Assembly (NCBI GenBank): GCA_040384265.1
Contig: JAZKJM010000003.1
Location: forward strand, 286,711 to 350,710
Direction of reading: 5' to 3'
Length of the DNA: 64,000 bases
Source of the DNA: Pseudomonadota bacterium
GTDB taxonomy: Bacteria; Pseudomonadota; Alphaproteobacteria; Rickettsiales; UBA3002
In this document: piece by piece, positions 9,142 through 16,952 of the stretch
Numbering within the stretch: position 1 is the stretch's first letter
Layout: each line of letters begins with the position of its first letter
Position numbers and translations under genes: made by a program
Notes under the pieces: model-generated
Told to the model about the DNA's origin: nothing
Seen by the model: only the letters and a program-made list of their open reading frames with translations
The model's database searches: none

Positions 9142-10352
9142 GCGTTTCTGGCCGTCGCGGCGGCATATTCATTTTCCAGAAACTCAGCAAATGCGGTGTA
9201 GATCGCTTGTTTGGAATAATGCACCGGGGGCACGGTGGTGACTGCGGCGCGGTAGGTGGGTAGTGCATCCGCGACATCGCGGATGGCCTGGGCGAGGGCG
9301 GCTGCATCGCCTGCCGGGCAGGTGCGGCCGAGCTGGTGCTGCTCGATATAGGCGCGCACTTCGCCGCGCAGGGAGCAGACGATGGGCAGGCCCGCCGCCA
9401 CATAATCGAAGAAGCGGTTGGGCATGGCTTCGGCATCGCCGGTGAGCAGGGCGATGTGGCTGCTGGCGAGCAGCTGCCGCCCGGCCTCCTGATCGAGCCA
9501 GCCGGGCAGGCTGAATAGGTCGCGGCCATCGAGATAGTCGCGCAAAGCGGGCGCCACATCGCCGTTACCGGCCAGGGTGATGTGGATCGGCGCGCCTTGC
9601 TGCGCGAGGATGGTGGCGGCTTTGGCGATGGTCAGCGCATCCGCCGTGTGGCCGAGTGTGCCGAGGAAACAGACGCGGATGACTTCGCCGGGCTGGGCGA
9701 CGGCCGGGGTGATCGGCGGTTCGGAAAGCGGCGTGCCGAGGTAGAAAATGGGGCAGGCGGCGCCATCCATGCGGCCGGATTTGGTGAGTGCCCATTGCAG
9801 CAGCGGGCCGCTCATCGAGGTCAGTCGGGTCGCTGCGCGCAGGCTGCGCCTGGCATAGGGATAAAGCAGCCATGTCGCCAGCCGCACGAAGGGTTTGAGC
9901 GGTGCGGGGGCGTAGTTGGCGAAGCTGTCGGGCCATTGGTCGCGCACATCCACAATGACGGGAATGCCGCGTGGGCGCGCATAACGCAGCGCCTCGCGCA
10001 CCCATTCGATGAGCGGGTAGGCGACGAGGATCAGCTGCGGTGCCTCCGCGGATTGCTCGGCGATGGCGCGCCAGCGTTTGGCCAGCTGCCGATGGTGGCG
10101 GATGCGGGCGAGCGACAGGTTGCGCGTGTAAAGCCCGGCATGCAGCATATGCAGTTGGACGCCGCTGCTGAGCGTTTGGTCGGTGTCCTGCGTCGCATAC
10201 AGTGTTTTTTTCATATGGTGGATGGTCGAGCACCACCAATGCACCGCGTGGCCGCGCTGCTGCAACTGCTCCGACAGCATGCCCACCCGCATCGGTTTAG
10301 TGTCCGGCGTGAGGGGCAGTTGCTCGCTATCTTTCAGGATCCATATCCGCAT
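9138..10352 (-). CDS. glycosyltransferase (GT-B fold, GT4/GT1-like)
   Basis: C-terminal GT-B block AMPNRFFDYVAAGLPIVCS. I place the start at MRIWILKD (10352). The 64-codon N-terminal extension in the track runs into low-GC foreign-looking DNA. Confidence 0.7.
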   Translation of the reverse strand: MRIWILKDSEQLPLTPDTKPMRVGMLSEQLQQRGHAVHWWCSTIHHMKKTLYATQDTDQTLSSGVQLHMLHAGLYTRNLSLARIRHHRQLAKRWRAIAEQSAEAPQLILVAYPLIEWVREALRYARPRGIPVIVDVRDQWPDSFANYAPAPLKPFVRLATWLLYPYARRSLRAATRLTSMSGPLLQWALTKSGRMDGAACPIFYLGTPLSEPPITPAVAQPGEVIRVCFLGTLGHTADALTIAKAATILAQQGAPIHITLAGNGDVAPALRDYLDGRDLFSLPGWLDQEAGRQLLASSHIALLTGDAEAMPNRFFDYVAAGLPIVCSLRGEVRAYIEQHQLGRTCPAGDAAALAQAIRDVADALPTYRAAVTTVPPVHYSKQAIYTAFAEFLENEYAAATARNA

Positions 10353-10373
10353 GGTGTTGCCTTTATCATGAAC
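10313..10373. repeat. 61-bp direct repeat, copy A (contains the GT start codon and first 13 codons)
   Basis: GGGGCAGTTGCTCGCTATCTTTCAGGATCCATATCCGCATG[G]TGTTGCCTTTATCATGAAC matches 11210-11270 with one mismatch. Confidence 0.9.
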
Positions 10374-10611
10374 GGCAGAGCGTGGTGCATCCGACCAGCG
10401 CCTCTTGTCTTTACGATAGTAACCCCTAACTGAAGTTTTTAAGAATCGCAATGCACAATTACGAGCTCTTTTGCCTACTAAATTGTTGATTATATGATAT
10501 AATTCTTCCCATGACTTGTCACTTAAGGAATTGGATAATTGCATGATTTATGCTGATAATCTATTGCTTAAAGCCAGCTAAGACGTAGGTCACCCAACAG
10601 GAGCAATGTTT

Positions 10612-11172
10612 ATGACGCTTATTTTCTGCAAAGAATGTCAGAGACAAATTAGTTCAGATGCTAAATTTTGTGTTGGCTGCGGCTCTAGACAGAAATCAAA
10701 AGGTTGCTTGCGGGCATTTGTAGTAGTGTCGGCTATTATGCTCATGGTTTTCGCAAGCTCTGAAGACACACCGAAAAACTCTAAAACTTCCAAAACGATG
10801 AGCAGTTCGATAAATATACAAGATTCAGCCAAATTCACGGAGACAGGTTATAATTCTGGTGGACCATGGCATCTGGGCGCAAAGGCAAATGCTCTTGCCA
10901 AAAATTCAGATGGATCAGCGGATGAAATTCAGTCCAGGTTTAAGCTATGTATCATGCAAGCCGCTAATCGGTTTACCAGTTATACTTCACATGATGGCGG
11001 AAGATCTGCATTAAAACTTGCTACTGATGACTGTTCAGATGAGTCGTCTGCTTATTACCAAGAATGCATGAGTAGAGACCTTTCAGAAAAGAAATGTAAG
11101 GCTGAGATCTTAGTATTATCCCAAACAGCAATTATGCTCGCTAGAAACGAGCCGATTCCTGCTGATTATTAA
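10612..11172 (+). CDS. zinc-ribbon domain membrane protein (hypothetical)
   Basis: N-terminal CKEC..x13..CVGC zinc ribbon, then one TM segment (AFVVVSAIMLMVFA), then a Cys-containing soluble domain. AGGAG lies 8 nt before ATG 10612 (alternative ATG at 10606). The gene is markedly lower in GC than its surroundings. Confidence 0.6.
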   Translation: MTLIFCKECQRQISSDAKFCVGCGSRQKSKGCLRAFVVVSAIMLMVFASSEDTPKNSKTSKTMSSSINIQDSAKFTETGYNSGGPWHLGAKANALAKNSDGSADEIQSRFKLCIMQAANRFTSYTSHDGGRSALKLATDDCSDESSAYYQECMSRDLSEKKCKAEILVLSQTAIMLARNEPIPADY

Positions 11173-11209
11173 TGTAGAGCACGCTCTGAAACCATTGTAA
11201 GGCCACGCT

Positions 11210-11270
11210 GGGGCAGTTGCTCGCTATCTTTCAGGATCCATATCCGCATGCTGTTGCCTTTATCATGAAC
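11210..11270. repeat. 61-bp direct repeat, copy B (orphan duplicate of the GT 5' end)
   Basis: Identical to 10313-10373 except one base (C versus G after CGCATG). It would encode only a short orphan peptide beginning MRIWILKDSEQLP. Confidence 0.9.
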
Positions 11271-11290
11271 ATCGAACGGCCGTGAACCTA

Positions 11291-11536
11291 TTACCAAAAT
11301 CTTTTCTTTGCAAACGCCTGCCCGGAACCCGATTTCAGGTAATATTCAAATTCCTGCGCAGTGTGTTTATGGGCAAAGGCATGATAGCTGACCAATTCCC
11401 AGGGCGTATATTTAGAAGTATGAGTGGACTTGCCCGCGTTGTGATCGGCCATGCGCTGCTTTAAATCTTCTGAGAATCCGATATAGGTTTGATTCGGGAA
11501 AGCAATGCTACGAATTAAGTAAACATAGTACATCAT
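11291..11536 (-). CDS. GIY-YIG nuclease family protein (small YhbQ/UPF0213-like)
   Basis: 81 aa. YYVYLIRS...YIGFSEDLKQRMADHN matches the GIY-(x10)-YIG core and the downstream R/H residues. Low-GC gene. Confidence 0.8.
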   Translation of the reverse strand: MMYYVYLIRSIAFPNQTYIGFSEDLKQRMADHNAGKSTHTSKYTPWELVSYHAFAHKHTAQEFEYYLKSGSGQAFAKKRFW

Positions 11537-11547
11537 TGCTCCAGTCC

Positions 11548-11645
11548 CCCTTCGCTAAAGCTTCGGGCGACACTCCTTCGCCCCAGCTTGGCTTCATGCG
11601 TCTTACGCGAAGAGGCGTAAGCCACCCGAAGCCAAAGGCGAAGGG
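11548..11645 (-). terminator. long imperfect stem-loop structure immediately 3' of tRNA-Arg
   Basis: Outer arms CCCTTCGC (11548-55) / GCGAAGGG (11638-45) and GCTTCGGG (11560-67) / CCCGAAGC (11625-32). Inner hairpin CTTACGC (11602-08) / GCGTAAG (11615-21). No clear U-tract, so function as a terminator is inferred only from position. Confidence 0.35.
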
Positions 11646-11722
11646 TGGTGCACCCGACTGGAGTCGAACCAGCAACCTTTGCCTTCGGAGGGCAACGCTC
11701 TATCCAGTTGAGCTACGGGTGC
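11646..11722 (-). tRNA. tRNA-Arg (anticodon CCG)
   Basis: Reverse complement GCACCCGTAGCTCAACTGGATAGAGCGTTGCCCTCCGAAGGCAAAGGTTGCTGGTTCGACTCCAGTCGGGTGCACCA. It has a 7-bp acceptor stem, D-loop, anticodon stem TTGCC/GGCAA with loop CTCCGAA, a GGTTCGACTCC T-arm and an encoded CCA. Confidence 0.9.
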
Positions 11723-12274
11723 GCATGCGCGTGGGTTGGGTACATACAGGGGTGGTGCATCCGGGCCAATCTATTTTTTGTGGGAGGTGGGTGAGGATAA
11801 GTCTGTGCATGCGCTGTGCATAGTGGGACAAGGCTTCTAGCGAGCTGTTTTTTCAGCACTATATAACAGGTGTAATCCACCGATATTTCCTCATTGACGA
11901 GGGGGCCCGGTGCGCTACCGTGGCGGTTCAAAGCGGATGAAAATCCTCACGAAACAGGCCCGAATCGACCTGCTGGCAGCGACATAAGGGGAGAATAAGT
12001 CCTACTATATGTTGTATGTGCAACAGTGGGGGACGAAATGCCTGTCCCAACCGGAAAGCCACCGTTTCAATAAAAATAATCACTTGTTTTATAAAGAAAT
12101 AAATCCATGCAAGTAAAAATCAGTGCTCGCCATACGATTTTCCCGCTAGACAGAGGAGACACAAGATGTAGTATCCGTCTTCCGGGCACGAAAATGGCGG
12201 AAACGCTGGTTTCAGACTTCGGAGCACAGGGAAACAAGGCTATTCTACAAAAAGCAAAACAAGGGGTGTGAGAC

Positions 12275-14092
12275 ATGGCTACTACTGCGAAAATCGACGT
12301 TGACCACAGCCGCGATAAATACCTGACCGATTTCGGTCGCGCGACGCTGGATGACCGCTACCTCCTGCCAGAGGAAAAATACCAGGATCTGTTCGCCCGC
12401 GTGGCGAGCTTCTACAGCGATGACGACGCCCATGCCGCGCGCATCTATGATTATGTCTCGAAAATGTGGTTCATGCCTGCGACGCCGATCCTTTCCAACG
12501 GCGGCACCTCGGTCAATGGCGGCAACGCTCGCGGCCTGCCTATCAGCTGCTTTTTGAACGAAACCGAAGATTCGCTGCAAGGCATTGTCGATCTGTGGAA
12601 CGAGAACGTCTGGCTCGCCTCGCGCGGCGGGGGGATTGGTTCCTACTGGGGCAACTTGCGTGCGCTGGGCGAGAAAGTCGGCCGCAACGGAAAAACCTCC
12701 GGCGTGGTGCCGTTTGTGCGGGTGCAGGATTCGCTGACGCTGGCAATTTCGCAAGGCTCGCTGCGCCGTGGTTCATCCGCGGTGTACCTCGATATTTCGC
12801 ACCCTGAGGTGGAAGAATTCATCGATATCCGCCGCCCAACCGGTGGCGATCCGAACCGTAAGGCGCTGAACCTGCATCACGGGATTGCGATCACCGATGC
12901 GTTCATGGAGGCGGTCGAGAAAGACGAGAAATGGGACCTGCTGTCGCCCAAAGACAAGCATGTGGTCGATACCATCAAGGCGCGGGATCTGTGGGCGAAA
13001 CTGCTCACCACCCGCATCGAAACGGGCGAGCCGTATATCATTTTCATCGATACGGTGAACAAGGCGATTCCGCAGCATCATAAGGAAGCGGGCCTGTATG
13101 TGAAAATGAGCAATCTTTGCTCGGAAATCACCCTGCCGACGGGCTATGACCATCACGGTGTCAGCCGCACGGCGGTGTGCTGCCTGAGCTCGCTGAACGT
13201 GGAATATTTCGACGAGTGGAAATCGCACCCGACCTTCATCGAGGATGTGATGCGCTTCCTCGATAACGTGCTGCAGGATTTCATCGACACGGCGCCTGAA
13301 AGCATGGCGCGCGCCAAATATTCCGCCTCGCGCGAGCGTTCGGTCGGGCTTGGTATCATGGGCTTCCATTCCTACCTGCAAAGCAAAATGATTCCGTTTG
13401 AATCGGTGATGGCGAAAGTGTGGAACAAGAAGATGTTCGAGCATATTCGCAAAGGCGCGGATGCGGCCTCGCTGAAGCTGGGCGAAGAGCGCGGGCCATG
13501 CCCGGATGCTGCTGAATTTGGCAGCAAAGAGCGCTTCTCCAACAAAATGGCGATCGCGCCGACGGCGTCGATCTCGATCATCTGCGGCAATGCCAGCCCC
13601 GGGATTGAGCCCTATGCGGCGAATGCGTTCACCCAGAAAACCCTCTCGGGCAGCTTCCAGGTGCGCAACAAATACCTGAAGGCGTTGCTTGCCGAGAAGG
13701 GCCAGGACACCGACGAAATCTGGTCGCTCATCACGACGCAGGAAGGTTCGGTGCAGCAGTTTGACTTCCTCGATGAGAATGAGAAACTGGTGTTCAAAAC
13801 CGCCTATGAAATGGACCAGCGCTGGGTGGTGGAACATTCCGCCGACCGCGCGCCGTTTGTGTGCCAGGCGCAATCGACCAACCTGTTTTTGCCAGCCAAC
13901 ATCCATAAGCGTGACCTGCATATGCTGCATTTCATGGCCTGGAAAAAAGGCGTGAAGTCGCTGTATTACTGCCGCTCGGCGTCGCTGCAGCGTTCGGATA
14001 AGGTCAGCAACAAAGTGCCGGAAATCCAAATGGAAATGTCGCTCAAAGCCAAACAGGCGACGACCTACGAGGAATGCCTTGCATGCCAATAA
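12275..14092 (+). CDS. nrdA: ribonucleoside-diphosphate reductase alpha subunit (class I, no ATP-cone)
   Basis: 605 aa. SNLCSEITL active-site block, and a C-terminal redox Cys pair in ...YEECLACQ. Followed directly by nrdB. Confidence 0.9.
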   Translation: MATTAKIDVDHSRDKYLTDFGRATLDDRYLLPEEKYQDLFARVASFYSDDDAHAARIYDYVSKMWFMPATPILSNGGTSVNGGNARGLPISCFLNETEDSLQGIVDLWNENVWLASRGGGIGSYWGNLRALGEKVGRNGKTSGVVPFVRVQDSLTLAISQGSLRRGSSAVYLDISHPEVEEFIDIRRPTGGDPNRKALNLHHGIAITDAFMEAVEKDEKWDLLSPKDKHVVDTIKARDLWAKLLTTRIETGEPYIIFIDTVNKAIPQHHKEAGLYVKMSNLCSEITLPTGYDHHGVSRTAVCCLSSLNVEYFDEWKSHPTFIEDVMRFLDNVLQDFIDTAPESMARAKYSASRERSVGLGIMGFHSYLQSKMIPFESVMAKVWNKKMFEHIRKGADAASLKLGEERGPCPDAAEFGSKERFSNKMAIAPTASISIICGNASPGIEPYAANAFTQKTLSGSFQVRNKYLKALLAEKGQDTDEIWSLITTQEGSVQQFDFLDENEKLVFKTAYEMDQRWVVEHSADRAPFVCQAQSTNLFLPANIHKRDLHMLHFMAWKKGVKSLYYCRSASLQRSDKVSNKVPEIQMEMSLKAKQATTYEECLACQ

Positions 14093-14139
14093 CCGTTGCC
14101 GGATGCGTGCAACGCTAACAAGAGAATAAGGAGCCAGCC

Positions 14140-15123
14140 ATGTCGTTACTCGATTCCAAGCCGATCTATAAACCGTTTGCGTATCCGTGGGCGTATGACG
14201 CATGGCTGATGCAGCAGCGCATTCACTGGCTGCCGGAAGAAGTGCCGCTGGCCGACGATGTGCGCGACTGGAAAAAGAACCTCGCCCCGGCGGAAAAAAA
14301 CCTGCTCGCGCAGATTTTCCGCTTCTTCACGCAGGCGGATATCGAGGTGAATAACTGCTACATGAAGCATTATTCGCAAGTATTCAAACCGACCGAAGTG
14401 CAGATGATGCTGAGCGCGTTTTCCAACATGGAGACGATCCATATCGCGGCGTACTCGCATTTGCTCGACACGATCGGCATGCCCGAGACGGAATATCAGG
14501 CCTTCATGAAATACAAGGAAATGAAGGATAAATACGACTACATGCAGCAATTCGGCGTCGAGACGAAAGAGGACATCGCAACGACCATGGCGGTGTTTGG
14601 CGCCTTCACGGAAGGGCTGCAGCTGTTCGCCTCGTTTGCGATCCTGCTCAACTTCCCGCGCTGGGGAAAAATGAAGGGCATGGGCCAGATTGTGACCTGG
14701 AGCGCGCGCGACGAAACGCTGCATTGCAACTCGATCATCCGCCTGTTCAAGACCTTCTGCGATGAGAATCCGGAAGTGTGGACGGATGAGCTGCGCTCGC
14801 GCCTGTATGTGGCCTGCAACACGATTGTGACGCATGAAGATGCATTCATCGACCTCGCGTTCGGCGTGGGTGAAGTGCAGGGGCTGACGCCCAATGAAGT
14901 GAAGAGCTATATTCGCTTCATCGCCGATCGTCGCTTGGGCCAGCTGGGCCTGCAGCCGATGTATCAGATCGAGAAAAACCCGCTGCCATGGTTGGATGAT
15001 TTGCTCAACGGCGTGGAGCACACCAACTTCTTCGAAAACCGCGTGACGGAATATGCCAAGGCCGCCACCCAAGGCACCTGGGATGATGCCTTCACCATGC
15101 ATGAAACGCCAACTGCCGCTTAA
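14140..15123 (+). CDS. nrdB: ribonucleoside-diphosphate reductase beta subunit
   Basis: 327 aa. Di-iron ligand motif ETIHIAAY (ExxH followed by the radical-site Tyr 4 residues after His). Confidence 0.9.
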   Translation: MSLLDSKPIYKPFAYPWAYDAWLMQQRIHWLPEEVPLADDVRDWKKNLAPAEKNLLAQIFRFFTQADIEVNNCYMKHYSQVFKPTEVQMMLSAFSNMETIHIAAYSHLLDTIGMPETEYQAFMKYKEMKDKYDYMQQFGVETKEDIATTMAVFGAFTEGLQLFASFAILLNFPRWGKMKGMGQIVTWSARDETLHCNSIIRLFKTFCDENPEVWTDELRSRLYVACNTIVTHEDAFIDLAFGVGEVQGLTPNEVKSYIRFIADRRLGQLGLQPMYQIEKNPLPWLDDLLNGVEHTNFFENRVTEYAKAATQGTWDDAFTMHETPTAA

Positions 15124-15554
15124 TGACCGAGGCGCAGATAGTCCTTGGCTTTCTTGTGCTTGCAGCGGCGGTGCTGGTTTATCACTATGTCGCGTATCGC
15201 CTGACTTTTGGCTTCTTTCGGTGGTTTGGGCGCTGGCCTAAATGGCTGCGCCTGTTTTTGGTCGCGCCGGTGGTGCTTGTTTATGCTGCGGCGCTTATCG
15301 TCCAGTTGTGGTACGCCGCGACCAAGCAGGCGATGCATGTGGGCGAACATGGGCTGGTGACATTGCAAGACCAGCCGGTGCTTTTCTGGTCAACCGTGGC
15401 GATCGATATCGGATTATTGGTGGTGGTGCCGACGTTTATAGTGCTTGTGCGCTGGTTTTTCCGGCGCCTTGATAAGCAGCGCGTGCAATTACAGCTCCAG
15501 CGCGCGCGTGACCTGCCAAATGAAGCGATTATCCGCTCGGCGGATGATCGCTAA
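15123..15554 (+). CDS. hypothetical integral membrane protein (about 4 TM)
   Basis: 143 aa, hydrophobic segments. Start overlaps the nrdB stop (TAATG). No recognisable family. Confidence 0.5.
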   Translation: MTEAQIVLGFLVLAAAVLVYHYVAYRLTFGFFRWFGRWPKWLRLFLVAPVVLVYAAALIVQLWYAATKQAMHVGEHGLVTLQDQPVLFWSTVAIDIGLLVVVPTFIVLVRWFFRRLDKQRVQLQLQRARDLPNEAIIRSADDR

Positions 15555-15560
15555 GCGCCG

Positions 15561-15716
15561 TTAGCGGTGCTGGTGGTTGCTGCAGCCGCAGCATTGGCCG
15601 GGTTCTTCTTCGAATTCATCCTCAATCATCGGCGCGAGGGTAGTGGGCTGCGTTTGCGGTTCAGCTGCCGCAGCAGCCTGTTCATTCATGGGAGCGCTGG
15701 GGTCGGTTACGGGCAT
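15561..15716 (-). CDS. candidate small acidic protein with Cys-rich C-terminus (51 aa)
   Basis: Own translation gives MPVTDPSAPMNEQAAAAAEPQTQPTTLAPMIEDEFEEEPGQCCGCSNHQHR*. AGGAGG lies 4 nt upstream of the ATG. It is below the 60-aa cutoff of the ORF track. Coding status is unproven. Confidence 0.3.
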   Translation of the reverse strand: MPVTDPSAPMNEQAAAAAEPQTQPTTLAPMIEDEFEEEPGQCCGCSNHQHR

Positions 15717-15770
15717 GGTCCCTCCTTTTTGCTTGCGTCGGGAGGGTGACTATACCCTATAGCAGGGTCT

Positions 15771-16313
15771 ATGGACGATATTTATTTACACGCCGGCGCG
15801 CAGGCCTTTGGGGATGGGGCGCACCCGACGACGCAAGGGGTGCTGGCGGCGCTGCGGGCGATTGACCCGGCCGAGTTCACCCCGGCGATGGCTTGCGATA
15901 TGGGCACGGGCTCGGGGATTGTGGCGTTTGCGGTGCTGGCGGCGTTTGGCTGCCCGGTGGTGGCGGTGGATCTGGCGGCCAGTGCGGTGGCGGCAGTGCG
16001 CGAGAATGCGCAGCGCAACGGCGTGGCGGCGCGGATTTTGCCGATCCATGCCGATGGGTTCGACCATGCCGATATTGCGGCCCATGCGCCGTTTGATTTG
16101 CTGGTGATGAACATCCTCGCCGAGCCGCTGATGCGCTTATGTGTGGCGGCGGATACGCATCTGGCGGCAGGCGGGGTGCTGATTTTGAGCGGCATACTGG
16201 TCTGGCAGGAGACCCCCATCCGTGAGGCCTATGCGGCGCGCGGGCTGGAGCTGACCTCGCGGCTGACGGTGGGCGACTGGGTGACGCATATCTGGCAGAA
16301 GCCTGAATTATAA
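15771..16313 (+). CDS. PrmA-like SAM-dependent methyltransferase (catalytic domain only)
   Basis: 180 aa. FGDGAHPTTQGVLAAL and DMGTGSGIVA match the ribosomal protein L11 methyltransferase catalytic core. The ~110-aa N-terminal L11-binding domain is absent. Confidence 0.65.
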   Translation: MDDIYLHAGAQAFGDGAHPTTQGVLAALRAIDPAEFTPAMACDMGTGSGIVAFAVLAAFGCPVVAVDLAASAVAAVRENAQRNGVAARILPIHADGFDHADIAAHAPFDLLVMNILAEPLMRLCVAADTHLAAGGVLILSGILVWQETPIREAYAARGLELTSRLTVGDWVTHIWQKPEL

Positions 16314-16406
16314 GCCTTTTCAATGGTGGCTGGCGGGCAACCTTCACACAATCTTCATATAACTTCCGGCGGTTTTAGCTAGAATGGACGTTGGAGATGT
16401 AAAGCT

Positions 16407-16952
16407 ATGGCCACCGGCGTTTCAGAAAACGGCATTCTTGAGAAGAAGGAATTCGAGCAGTTCAAAGCGCGCACGGTGCGGCTGCGCTTTCAGCAGCAGA
16501 TGTCGTATGGCATTGGCGCGGCGATGGTGTTCGGGTTGGTGGGCGCGATTGCGACCAAGCTGTTCGCCATTCTGCCGGCCGCCGCCGAAATGACACTGGC
16601 GGCCAGCACCGTGTTACCGGTGCTGGGGCTGGCGGCGATTGGGGTGCTCGGCATTGGCTGTATTTACCTGAGCGCGAACTGGCTGTCGGAAAATACGCTG
16701 CTGGAGCAGGATCTGCAGGCCAAAAAAATCGGGCAGGCGACGCGCACGCCGACGCTGGTGGTGGAGCCCACCGTCGCGACCATGCCAAGCATGCAAGTGG
16801 CGGCGGAAGGACCGGATAAACGTTGGGCCGACCGCGTGGCAATAGCGGCGGAGACGGCGCAAAAAAATGCCCCGGCGGCGGCCGCTGAATCCTGGGCGAA
16901 ACGGGCGGCGAACGATGAGGCGCAACCTTCCACCAGCACAGCCAGGGCATAG
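16407..16952 (+). CDS. hypothetical membrane protein (2 predicted TM)
   Basis: 181 aa. Two hydrophobic helices in the central part and an Ala-rich tail. The stop directly abuts the next start (TAGATG). Confidence 0.5.
   Translation: MATGVSENGILEKKEFEQFKARTVRLRFQQQMSYGIGAAMVFGLVGAIATKLFAILPAAAEMTLAASTVLPVLGLAAIGVLGIGCIYLSANWLSENTLLEQDLQAKKIGQATRTPTLVVEPTVATMPSMQVAAEGPDKRWADRVAIAAETAQKNAPAAAAESWAKRAANDEAQPSTSTARA

Noticed and set aside
10353-10544. N-terminal extensions proposed by the ORF track: GT to 10544, thiS to 34438, aroQ from 34450, aat from 34872, sixA from 39189, gshA from 28004, virB2 to 50555/51731, virB4 to 49992, virB9 to 45090, asnB2 from 7243.
   Set aside because: The extensions cross repeat elements, low-GC foreign DNA or neighbouring genes. 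They also precede the conserved family N-termini (for example MCG of Asn[13 protein letters not shown] of AroQ). Internal starts with better RBS or overlap coupling were chosen instead.
11930-12274. Cobalamin riboswitch upstream of nrdAB.
   Set aside because: No B12-box-like sequence (AGYCMGGAGACCKGCC-type core) was recognised by eye. A covariance-model scan would be needed for certainty.
11713-12276. Small ORFs 11713-11931(-) and 12067-12276(-) between tRNA-Arg and nrdA.
   Set aside because: The first overlaps the tRNA gene and has a His/Pro-rich product. The second is antisense to the nrdA leader and start. Neither has an RBS or a motif.
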